Below, in pieces: positions 19,319 through 29,749 of a stretch of 64,000 nt of DNA. Position 1 is the first letter of the stretch; each line of letters opens with the position of its first letter. The notes under the pieces were generated by a model. That model did not search any database, had not been told where the DNA came from, and was given only the letters and a program-made list of their open reading frames with translations. The DNA lies in NCBI GenBank assembly GCA_043228905.1, contig JBHGNT010000009.1, positions 6,200,001-6,264,000 of the forward strand, written 5' to 3'. The DNA is from Azolla caroliniana (lineage: Eukaryota > Plantae > Polypodiophyta). The position numbers and the translations under genes are program-made.

Positions 19319-22300
19319 ACCTCTTTATGGAGAGTTGGCGCTACCGTAAGCACCTCCTTTAGTCTCCGGACCGACTCTGTGTGCTCCGTCCTCCACTCAA
19401 AGCTACGCCCCTTTTTCAATAGTCCATAGAGGGGTTCTGCGACATGTGCGTAGTGCGGGATCCAGATGTGGTAGAGTGCGCATGCTCCCAAGAATTTGCG
19501 GACCTCCGTGACCGACCCGCAATCGTTCATCATCGCGGAGATGGCCTCTACCTTTGTCGGAGACGGTTTCCTACCGTAAGGCCCGCACAGGTGTTTGACC
19601 ACCAAGATCTCCGACTGCCCGAACGCCAATTTTTCTCCGAAGAAGGTGAGTCGTGCGCTTTCGAGCCTCTGCAGCACCTTCTCGCAGTCGTTGATGTGGT
19701 TCACGATGAACCTCTGGCATCCGTCTGGCCCGACAGTCTCGTCCGCATCATCCACCGGACACCCCTTTATCAGGATGTCGTCCAAAAATGGCATGGGGAT
19801 GTCCGGGATGCAGTCCCTCAGCACCTTGTTCATTGCGTTCACCATATGCGCCATCGAGTTCGTCCCGCCTTGTGGTAGGGTACACATCCATACTAGGCCG
19901 AGAGGGATTTGCATCCTCGTGAGATCCCTGCTCTCCACGGCTAGCTGGAACTGGTCGTACACCGAGTATAAGTCACCGACCGAATAGATCGACCTCCCAG
20001 CGAAGGCCTCCACGAACTCGTCTATGGTCAGTCCGATTCCTGCATTACGGATGGTCACCTTGTTGACCGGTTGCAGGTCCTGAATGAAACGCAGTGTGCC
20101 GTTCTTCTTCGGCACCGTAAACTATCGATTCGAATACGGGACACTCGACGGTTCGAGGATGCCCATCTCCACCTTTTGCTTCAAAAGCTCCATCAACTTC
20201 GGGATGTGAGCTCTCGACACTGGAATCGGTTTGAGATTCCACGGTACATGCGGTACCGTGAAGATCACCATCGGTTCGACGATCGTCGGGTCCACGCACC
20301 CGATCTCCTCCGGCGAGAACGCGAAGGCTTTCCCATGCCTTCCGAGCATTCTCCGAAACCTGTCCTCCTCCGCCAGTAGTAGAAAGCCATCCCCACCAAC
20401 CTTGAGCTCTCGTAGCGTTATGTCGGTGAACCGGTGCCCTATGCCAGCCGGATTCCGTAAACTTGGGTCCGACGTGACCCCTTTTATCCGCTCCTCGCTG
20501 CCCTCCGGCAAGGGTGCCATGACCGGCCTTACCTTCTAGTCCACAGTCTTGTACTTTGCACTCATGCGAGCCGTCCGATCTGACTCGCTCCTTTCCCCGA
20601 AGTCCTCAATGACTTCGTACATTCCCATCGAACCTACAGGAACGGTCCGGTCTTCTCTATGGTCTTCACCGATCACCTTTCGAAACTCACCCAAGGTGTC
20701 GTCAAAAGAGACCACCTCCACAGCTCCGCTCATCTCTTCGTCGGGGGAGAGGACTCTGCATCCCTTGAGCCGCTCCTCCGCTCGCTTCCTTTCCCGGCCG
20801 TTGATGCCGGCCATAGTACAACCTCCGTTGTTAGAGAGCCAAAATTTCCTACCTATGGTACAGGTCCTCTTTCGTACTGTACACCCGTCCTAGCTCTTGA
20901 CTCTTGCATAGGCCGAGCCGTTGTCCAGCACCTTGGTCTCCATCCGTGCCACCGTGATGTATGGCTCTCCTAGTATAACCGGATGCGAGGACGTCTCTTG
21001 CACGAAGAAGTGTTGGTCGATCTCGACATCGCCAATTTTCACCCGTACGTTCAGACAGGCTCCATGTAGTTCTTCCGTGGCACGCGTCGTTGCCCGTATT
21101 TTCCAGCCATGCTTGGTGTTGGTCAGCCATTTACCCCTCTTGTAGAAATCCATGGACATCAGGTTGATTTCGGATCCATGGTCTACCAAGGCCACCACCG
21201 GTTCCATAACGTCGCCGATCCGTACAGGAGTTTCCGTAGTTTCCCTGGCCCAATGCGGCTTCATGTAGTGGCTTTCCGCCAACTCGTCTTTTAGGGCCAT
21301 GTCTTCCAACTGCGTGGTCCGCACCTCCACCGGCTTCTCCGGTTCCGACTCCGTCGACAACCTTTTCCTCTTCACCAAGTCTACGATGGAGTCGTGGAAC
21401 TCCTTGGCCATCCCGAGCACTTCCCTTAGCGACAGCTCCACTTTGTTGTCGAGGATATGTTCCTCCAGGACCTTTCGCAGGTCTGTGCTCCTTTCGATTT
21501 TGGTGCTCAACCGAAACCCCACCTGCTTCTTTCCGTCTGGCGCGCCTGGGTTGCTGGCACCAGTCGGTTTCGGTCCGAACCGTGTCTCATACCTCTGTAG
21601 GGGACAGACCCCTCCGGCCTTTCCTGCCCGTTTGTCTTCCACCAGAACCTCGTAGTTATGGCAAGCGGCTTCTACGAAGCCCGTTTTCTCTTCGATCGGA
21701 TCGTCCCAATCGGTGACCTCCTGGACCCGTTGTTCCACAGGGTCCGCCTTTTCCTTCTTCAGCCAAACTCCGGAGAGGCCTTCCAACACTAGCGGCCAGA
21801 ATCCGGAGTCCTTCGCCCTCCGGGTCTCATCACCCCCGACCCGAATTCCCCCCGACACTGAGTAGTTAATGGCTTCAACATGCCGTGCCGCGGCCTCTTC
21901 CATCAACCTCTTCATTCCGCCGCGCCCCGTATTTAGTGCTAGGGCTCTCCGGGTCTCGCTCGCGTGCACCCGCCCGTTCCAGATGTACGCCATGTTGCTC
22001 CTGAGCCCGTCTGCGAAATCCGCGCAATCCTTCCGAATGTGACCGATCGCGTCACACCACATGCACCGCTGCCCAGCCGGCGGCCTCCGGTCGTGAGGTT
22101 GTTCACCGTTGTCTCTCTGGGCCTGTGCGATCTGCAGGTCGCGCACCATCTGTATCAGCTCCTCCAGAGCCGCTCCTCCGGACGGGCCTCTGACCACGTC
22201 ATTCGATGCCAACCCTGACTCTAGCCAGATTCGGGTCTCTTCCTTCCTACCGGCCGGCACCGATACCGGCTCCTCGAGCCTCCTCCCCGGGACCAGCCCT

Positions 22301-22974
22301 GACCCCGACGAGCTTCCGTCGCTCCAATCGCGCCATTTCTCGAAACGGCTACAGACCCGTTTTACCACGGCCCAGTCTACCGTGAGCCCTTCGTCCGTTT
22401 CCAATAGGGGACCCACCTTTTCCCTGTCGAGCGCGTCCACCAACTTGACAAACAGTAGTACTCGACTCGTTTCGAGCACTATCCGGTCCATCGTCGACAG
22501 CCGCACGAACCGTTTTTCGAACTCCTGAAGGAGCACCGACGTGTTCCTCCCTTTTCAGGGGCTTTCCACCCACACCATGAAGTCCCGCCTCGACAGCCGA
22601 AGCGAGTCGTCAAACCCGTACTTCTCGACGAGCCGTAGCTCGAAATCCTCCCAAGTCTGGCATCCGGCCAGCACCTCGAGCACCTCCGTGTGGATGCTCG
22701 GCGTCACCACCCGAGGGAATCTAGACAATAGCCTATCCATCGGGATATCCCTCATGATCATTTCGGCCCGGTAAGCCTCCAAATAACTTGTGGCGTCTTT
22801 CCCTCCGAACCGGCCTATAGTGCCGACGATCGATTCGATGGCTCTGTCGAGGGTACCCATCCCTTCACTAGCGCTTACCAGTCGGTCGACGGCTACCACC
22901 ATTGCCTCTGCTAGCTCCGATCCCCTCATCTTTCGACCCCTTTGCCGCCCGTTTCACGTCGGGCTCACCAAATA

Positions 22975-23039
22975 TGTCGCGAAGTTTCGCGTTCACGTGT
23001 AGGAAGAGGCCGGACCATGGGCATGGGGGTCTCGGACCA

Positions 23040-23076
<37 letters not shown>

Positions 23077-23645
23077 GTACACACAGAGAGATTAAGAGCA
23101 AGAAAAACAGGAATCCGATTACTATAGTCAATAGCTTACAACCGGCAACCCGGTAATGACCCGACACGGGGTCCTACTCACACACACCGACGACAGCCAC
23201 ACGACTCGAAGAAACAAAAGGGGGAAAGGGGAAGGAGAGAGACTCTTCTAGAAGCACACAGGTTGTCCACAAAGCAGAGGCAGCGAGCTCCCGACACCCG
23301 CAGAGAACGACGATTGGAGGAGAGAGAGGTCAGCACTCGGTTCTGCAGCAGCACTTCGTCCTCGCCAACGCATGATGCCCTTCTCTTCCTTCTCTCCTCT
23401 CCTTAAATAGTTCCCAAAAGGGGGTGCCCCTTTCTCCCTAGTCAAATCGCTTTATTCCCTGTCCCTTCTGACAGAGATACACACAATCCCCTAATAAATG
23501 TGTACTACTTAGTATTTACATCAGCCGATCCAATTATGAATCATGTACAAAATATCAAAATATCAATTCACGCATCCATCCGTGTAAGAGCCGGTTCATG
23601 CGCCTTTTTCTCTGATTCCACCCATGGCCGGTTTTCTTCATGACA
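22975..23645 (-). repeat. 5' LTR of Gypsy-W B
   Basis: Minus strand TGTCATG...CGCGACA, followed 4 nt later by the Trp PBS; (GA)n at ~23042-23070. Confidence 0.8.
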
Positions 23646-26600
23646 ACGTCTTGGGCTCGAATCCTTGTAAGGCCAAAATGTATGTCATTATGACATTATC
23701 CCCCCTTTTCGACGACGAGTTCCACGAGTCAGAAGACAAGATTTTGAGACTTGGCTTATGGGGATATTTGTTATGAAACGCAGCAACCATTTCGAAGGCA
23801 TTAGCAAGATTCTCAAGAGGTTCCCATGTTCGATCATTAGGTGTATAACCTAACCAATCAACCAAATAATACAGTTTGTTGCAAACGATCTTGGAGTCAA
23901 GAATGGCAACAACTTCATATTCAGAACCATCTGAAACTTCAATTGGAGGTGGGGGAGATGTAAGACGGCCTGGAATAGAGCTGGTTGTGTACGGATCCAA
24001 AAGTGAATCATGGAAGACCGGGTGAAGATGCATATGAGGGGGAAGATCAAGGCGAAATGCCACATCATTGATCTTACCAGATATCACATATGGGCCAAAA
24101 CGTTGATAATCCAATTTGCAGCAAGGTCGGGTTGTTTTAATCCGACCTTGCAAAAGCCATACTCGATCTCCCACTTGAAATGTACTCGATGAATCACGTC
24201 GATGATGGTCGGCAAACTTATTTTGAGTGTTTTGAGCATCACATAAATGGTGCAAAAGGATATCTTGAACTTCTTGGAGTCGGGTGAGCCGATCTTCAAC
24301 AGTCAGGTTTGTCGGGAGTTCGGGATGTTCAAGCATAGTCCAACGAGGATGGTACCCAATGTTTGCAAACAATGGGGAATATCCAGTAGAAGAATGTTAT
24401 GAGTTGTTGTAAGTAAATTCTGCCAAATGTAATAGATCAACCCAATCATCTTGTTGATAGTTGACAAAACAACGAAGATATTGTTCTACTGTTTGGTTGG
24501 TGCCCTCACTCTGTCTGTTGGTTTCTGGATGGTAGCCGAAAGAGAGTTTGCAAGAAGTATGTAAGAGTTTGAACATGTGCCGCCAAAATTTTGAGATGAA
24601 CTGGGGACCCCGATCACTGATAATATCATCAGGAAGACCATGATGCCGAAACACCTCTCGCATGAGTAACTCGGCTATCTCTTGGCTCGTAATGGCCTTT
24701 GTGCAAGGAAGAAAATGTGCCATCTTGGTAAAACGATCTACTACCGTGAGAATAGAACCAAAACCCTTGGAAGGTGGTAGATCCGTAATGAAGTCCAATG
24801 AAATAGATTTCCATGGACTCTCAGGAATAGGCATTGGCTGTAATAAGCCATATGGATGATGTCGAGGTTTTTTGGATCGGCAACATGTATCACAACTACG
24901 AACATAATCCGTAACAAAATGGCGAAGTCGTGGCCACCAATACCTTCGAGAAATTAATGCCAAAGTCTTGTGGATGCCGAAACGTCCAGCCATTGGTGTG
25001 TCATGACATTGTTGCAAGACTTGGAGTCGAGAAGGACCATCAGGCACATATAAGAGATTTTGTCGAAAAAGTAAACCATCATGCCAATTGAACTGATTGT
25101 AGTCTTGACGAGGATTTTGAGATTGTGAACAAGAAGCACAATCTGGGATAATATGGTTCAGAATATCTTGGGCGAATTCATCAGTCTCAATATGCTCCCG
25201 AATGGAGTCCAGAAGACTTGAATCCCCAGGTGTGTCTATAGCATGAAAAGCCATTAGTCGTAGACGGTCAGGACCCAAGAGGATTTGCTTCTGACTTTCA
25301 AATGCGGCCTCTCCTGGTTGAAGTTCCATATATGAACGCCGAGATAAAGCGTCCGCTTTTCCTTGTTGCGTCCCAGGGCGATATAGAATTATGAAGTCAA
25401 AACAAGTTTAAAACTGCGCCCAACGAGCTTGTCCACGACTCAAGACTCGAGCACTTTGGAAGTACGTTAGATTTTTGTGATCATTATAGACAATGATTTG
25501 TTGAGACGAACCCTCCAAAAAATGACGCCATTGTTGAAAAGAATCCACAATGGCAAGAAGCTCTTTGTCGTGAATCTCATAGTTGATTTCTGTAGCTTCG
25601 AATTTTCGTGAATGAAAAGCCATAGGGTGTAGTTGGCCATCATAGCTAATCTAGGATAATACGCTTCCTAGTGCGAAGTCCGATGCATCAGCTTCCAGTA
25701 TAAAGTGTTTCAATGGATCAACATGCATCAAAATTGGTGCGAATGTACATGCTTGCTTTAATCCTTCAAATGCAGAGTTTGCATTTATACTCCACACAAA
25801 TGGTCGATTCTTCTGTGTCAGTTGAGTGAAGGGCAATACGATCTTTGAATAATCTTTGATGAACTTGCGATAAAAGTTTGCGAACCCTAAAAAACATTGT
25901 ACATCTCGCACAAACTGTGGTGTTTGCCAATCCAAAACTGTTTGAACCTTTGCTGGATCCATAGAGATGCCATGTGAAGAGACTATGTACCCCAAAAATT
26001 CCACTTGACGCTGGTCGAAATTGCACTTCTCCAATTTTGCATAGAGACCATATTCATGCAACCGTTGTAAAGCTTGTCGAACGTGTATATCATGATCCTC
26101 TTGACTTTTTGACTAGATCAAGATATCATCCATGTAAATTATGACGAAAATATTGAGGAAATCTCGAAAAATGTCATTCGTGTTATTCTCTTTAGCCGGA
26201 CAAGGCCTAACACAAGGTGTCACGGAGACACTTCACCAAAGGGTGATTACGGCATAGGATTAAGATTCAACGATTACACCGACTTAGATAGGTTACACGA
26301 TTAGAATGCTTTTGGTTAATTACACGCGTAAGATTTAACAGTAATTACAGAACGGAAATCAAGACCGAGGTATAAACATCATAAGCTCTATCAATTATCC
26401 GTTGTCATTACAATGGGGTCCGGGCCTTTAAATAGGTTTCCGGCCCGTAGTACAAAACGGTGCCTCTCGCACCTAATCGGGATCCGTCCGGATCTGGAAC
26501 GGCATACCGTTTCCAGTCCGTCCGTCCACACTATGCTCATTTACAACCATCTAATTAATTCCTTCACTCCATATTTTGGACTCCTTGCCGGCCGGTAACA

Positions 26601-26652
26601 CATGGCACGCCCGTGGGACAGTACCTTGTACGTCGAACCCTTCTCGGCCCCT

Positions 26653-29652
26653 TCATTGTTCACCCAAATTGTCCAAAATACTTGGTTCAAGAATTTCCAC
26701 TTGTTCTTCCGGTTGTGGTTGTTGCGGCTGTGCTTGCTGCTGCTGCTGTGGTTGAGGTTGGGATTGAGGCTGCTCCGGCTGCTCTGCTTGCTGCTGCTGC
26801 TCCGTTTGTTTCGCTGACTCCGGCTGCTCCGTTTGTCTCTCTGGCTCCGGCATCTCCGTTTGATTGCTTCCGGTCCGGTCTCCTTCCAGTAAGGGTTCCT
26901 CATCACTGAGGTTGACCGTAACTGGTTCTCGTTCTTTCTCTCCCCGGATCCGGGACCTCTCGTAGCTTTCAAACTGGATCTGCGCCTCCAGCCTGTCGTC
27001 GTCCAGCTGAGCTACAAGTTGCCGGACTTGCTCTAGTTGGTCCTCTGCCAAGGCTTGAAAGTCTTCGGCAAGCTCATCTCTTATGCCGGTGAAGTCTTCG
27101 GAAGTCAGCATATAGCAATCATCTCCCTCCTTCCGCCGGTTCTCTACGTCAGCCCGGAGCAATTGGAGTTCCGCCGCGTTCGTGGCCCACTTGGTCCACC
27201 ATTTGACGGACCCGTTGTCAATCAAGCTCTTGGTCTGGTTCAACCAGGCCCGCATTATATCCTGGATGCGACTTGCTCCCATTTGTGCTCTGCTTTCCAC
27301 CACTTGTCGCTCCTCCTTCAACTGCTTGATGAGATTTGCCGTATCCTCCGCCTGCTCCCTGTAGCGCGTCAGCTGCCCTTGATATGTCGTTTGCAGCCTC
27401 TGCAGTACCTCCGCCGCTCTTTCTTTTTCCGCCTGCTGTTGCCTGAGGAGCTCTGTCCGAACCTTCTCCGCCTCTTCCAACCGTCTTCTGTTTTCCGCTT
27501 GTTCCTTGGCGAATGCGGTTGCGGTCCGATCAACTGCTTGCCGGAGCTCATCCGTCCGTTCCTTGTGCTCCGTTTGCAACCGTTTATACTCTCGGTGCAA
27601 TTGCTCAAATTCCTCCGTTTTTTGTTTGAGCTTGCCGTTGATCTGGCGATTGTTCCGGTCTTCCCGGTCCTTTACCTGCCGGAGTTCCTCTTTCAGGCGC
27701 TCTACTTCTGTTTCGGCGTTCCTCCGGAGCCTCTCCTTCTCTTGCAGCATTTTCTCCTTCTCCTCCTTGAGCCGGTCGTACGCTTGGTGGCCTTTCCGTA
27801 AGCTCTCCTCGGCCCGGCGTAGATTTTCAGCAGTCTTTTTGAGTTCCGCCTCCGCTGCCGTCTTCAATTCTCTTTCGCGGCTCCTCAGCGCTTCTTGGGC
27901 AGCTAGCTCATCCTTTAAATTCGCAAGCTCTTGGGCTTGTGCCGCATTTCTCTCCGGAACGGTTTCCGTTGCCGGGGTCTGATTGCTATGTACAGGTGGA
28001 TCTGCCGCTTTATTCTGTACATTGCCCGGAGTCACCGGTGCTTGGACTTGTGTTGTCAAAGCCACTTGCGCCATTTCCCTTGTGACCCTGTCCAAGTCTT
28101 GTTCAAGGCTCCGGATTCTGGACCGGGCCGTCTCTAGATCTACGGTTGTGACGAGCAACCGTTCCTGGTGCGCTCTCTCTTCCGCCTCTATATACTCGAC
28201 CGCTCCGGCGATTTGCTCGCCTACCCACCGTAGCCACATGCTACTGGTGCCTTGTTGCTGTACTGGTCGGGCCGGCTCATTCACTGTGGAATTGTCTGGC
28301 CTGATTGCCTGCATATGCCGTTCTGGTTCTACTCCTTGGCCGCCGTGTGCTCTGGCTGGGCTCGCCGGCTGTTGGGTTCCGGTTCTCGCCGTCTCCGGAG
28401 CCGTTGGACTGACTTCTTCTATAGAAGTCGACAAGACCGGTTCCCTACGTACCGGTTCCGGTTCTTCCCTTGTGGTTTGCTCAGGTTGAGTTGGGGGCGT
28501 TTCTGCCTCTCGCGGGTACGACCGCTCCCCTCCTGTCTCGGCGGCCCTACTTCTTGACCGTCGTTGGAGGTGCTCTTCTGGCTCCTCCGTTTCCTCTTCC
28601 TGTGTCACGGCATGTTTCTGTGCCGTCAAGGGTTCCGGTTCCTTCTGTCCCGGTCTCCGTAAGGTTATCTTGACGGGTCGGACCGGTGACACCTCCTCCG
28701 GTTCTGGGACCCGTTTCTTCCCTTTCGTCGCCTTCGACGCCAGCAGCTGCTGTCGTTTGGACGCCGGCTTCGAGGTGCTTCCTTCCGATACTCTTGGCCG
28801 CTTCTTTGGCTGGACGGTCTCGACCGGCGGCACGAGCAGTGTTATCCATTGAGCTACGGCGTGCCACAGCTTCCGGCCCTCCTTGCCGTCCTTCCCTCGT
28901 ACCATGTCGATTGCCATGCACAACCCGTCTGCAATCAACACCGGCCAGTCCACCTTGATCCCTTCATAGGTGGCTATGATCATCCCTGCCCGATTTTTTG
29001 GCATGACAGGGGGTCGGGGGTACACGTGACCGTACTCATGGAGCACTCGAGCTATCTCCCTGAATAGCGGATCTTCGCCGCCCTGCGTCCGATAGCCTTT
29101 GCCGGCAACAGAGTACTCACCGAAATATCGGATGAGTTGCTCCGAGGTTGGGTTATCGATCTGAAAGATTCCTCCCTCCGGAAGGCCTGTTAGCGCGCGG
29201 ATCGCTTCCTCGGTGATGACCTCTGTGGCGAGCTCCTTGATGACCCGGTCGGCTTCTCTGTGCGGCGGTGCCTCCATGATGGCCAAGAACCCCTCCAGTC
29301 CGTTTTGCCTGAACCATTTCCTGGCCGCTTCCGACAGCGTTTGTGGTTCCATGTCTGCTTCAAGGTCGAGGGAAGATGGCGAGGTAGAGTGGTGATGAGA
29401 GTGAGAGCGAGAGAGAGAGCGTTCTGAGCGCGGGGGTTCTCTGCGTGCAGGTTCGCGTTTGCTCAGCTTCCACTGTCTTGGTGCTTCTGTGCTTCTTGGC
29501 TCGCGAAATGAAAAGGTCTCCATGCGTTCTGCTTCTTCTTTGTGCGTTTTGGCGCCTTTTTCGAGCATGCACACGTCGTGTACCAATTTAGTATTAAGTA
29601 GCGTGGCGTCTCTTAAATGCCCACTACGTACCTTTTCGCGCCTTGCTTTCAC
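26653..29652 (-). CDS. Extra ORF of up to 999 aa: N-terminal plant-transposon-type domain plus long coiled coil. Start uncertain (GTG 29652 or ATG 29352)
   Basis: 3-kb uninterrupted frame inside a young element. Motifs ITEEAIRALTGLPEGG and GIKVDW; E/R/K/Q heptad region; Q/P-rich tail. Confidence 0.85.
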   Translation of the reverse strand: MKARREKVRSGHLRDATLLNTKLVHDVCMLEKGAKTHKEEAERMETFSFREPRSTEAPRQWKLSKREPARREPPRSERSLSRSHSHHHSTSPSSLDLEADMEPQTLSEAARKWFRQNGLEGFLAIMEAPPHREADRVIKELATEVITEEAIRALTGLPEGGIFQIDNPTSEQLIRYFGEYSVAGKGYRTQGGEDPLFREIARVLHEYGHVYPRPPVMPKNRAGMIIATYEGIKVDWPVLIADGLCMAIDMVRGKDGKEGRKLWHAVAQWITLLVPPVETVQPKKRPRVSEGSTSKPASKRQQLLASKATKGKKRVPEPEEVSPVRPVKITLRRPGQKEPEPLTAQKHAVTQEEETEEPEEHLQRRSRSRAAETGGERSYPREAETPPTQPEQTTREEPEPVRREPVLSTSIEEVSPTAPETARTGTQQPASPARAHGGQGVEPERHMQAIRPDNSTVNEPARPVQQQGTSSMWLRWVGEQIAGAVEYIEAEERAHQERLLVTTVDLETARSRIRSLEQDLDRVTREMAQVALTTQVQAPVTPGNVQNKAADPPVHSNQTPATETVPERNAAQAQELANLKDELAAQEALRSRERELKTAAEAELKKTAENLRRAEESLRKGHQAYDRLKEEKEKMLQEKERLRRNAETEVERLKEELRQVKDREDRNNRQINGKLKQKTEEFEQLHREYKRLQTEHKERTDELRQAVDRTATAFAKEQAENRRRLEEAEKVRTELLRQQQAEKERAAEVLQRLQTTYQGQLTRYREQAEDTANLIKQLKEERQVVESRAQMGASRIQDIMRAWLNQTKSLIDNGSVKWWTKWATNAAELQLLRADVENRRKEGDDCYMLTSEDFTGIRDELAEDFQALAEDQLEQVRQLVAQLDDDRLEAQIQFESYERSRIRGEKEREPVTVNLSDEEPLLEGDRTGSNQTEMPEPERQTEQPESAKQTEQQQQAEQPEQPQSQPQPQQQQQAQPQQPQPEEQVEILEPSILDNLGEQ

Positions 29653-29749
29653 ACCCGTTCATACCTCGATTTTTAATGATTTTCTTCTTCTTCTTTTTTT
29701 TTCTTTTTTTTTTTTTTTTTTTTTATATTTTTAATGACGGTGTGTGACC

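Larger units (their letters stand above)
13054..23645 (-). mobile_element. Degenerate tRNA-Trp-primed gypsy 'Gypsy-W B' (segments 13054-14224 and 19319-23645)
   Basis: gag/PR (CMWCDAIGHIRKDC, LVDHGSEINL), RT, RH and INT are homologous to Gypsy-W A, with several stops and frameshifts. PBS TGGTGAGCCCGACGTGAA (22970-22953); 5' LTR 22975-23645. Confidence 0.9.

Noticed and set aside
26653-29652. env gene or captured host SMC/myosin gene
   Set aside because: No signal peptide or transmembrane helix and no ATPase or motor motifs; a coiled coil alone is not diagnostic.
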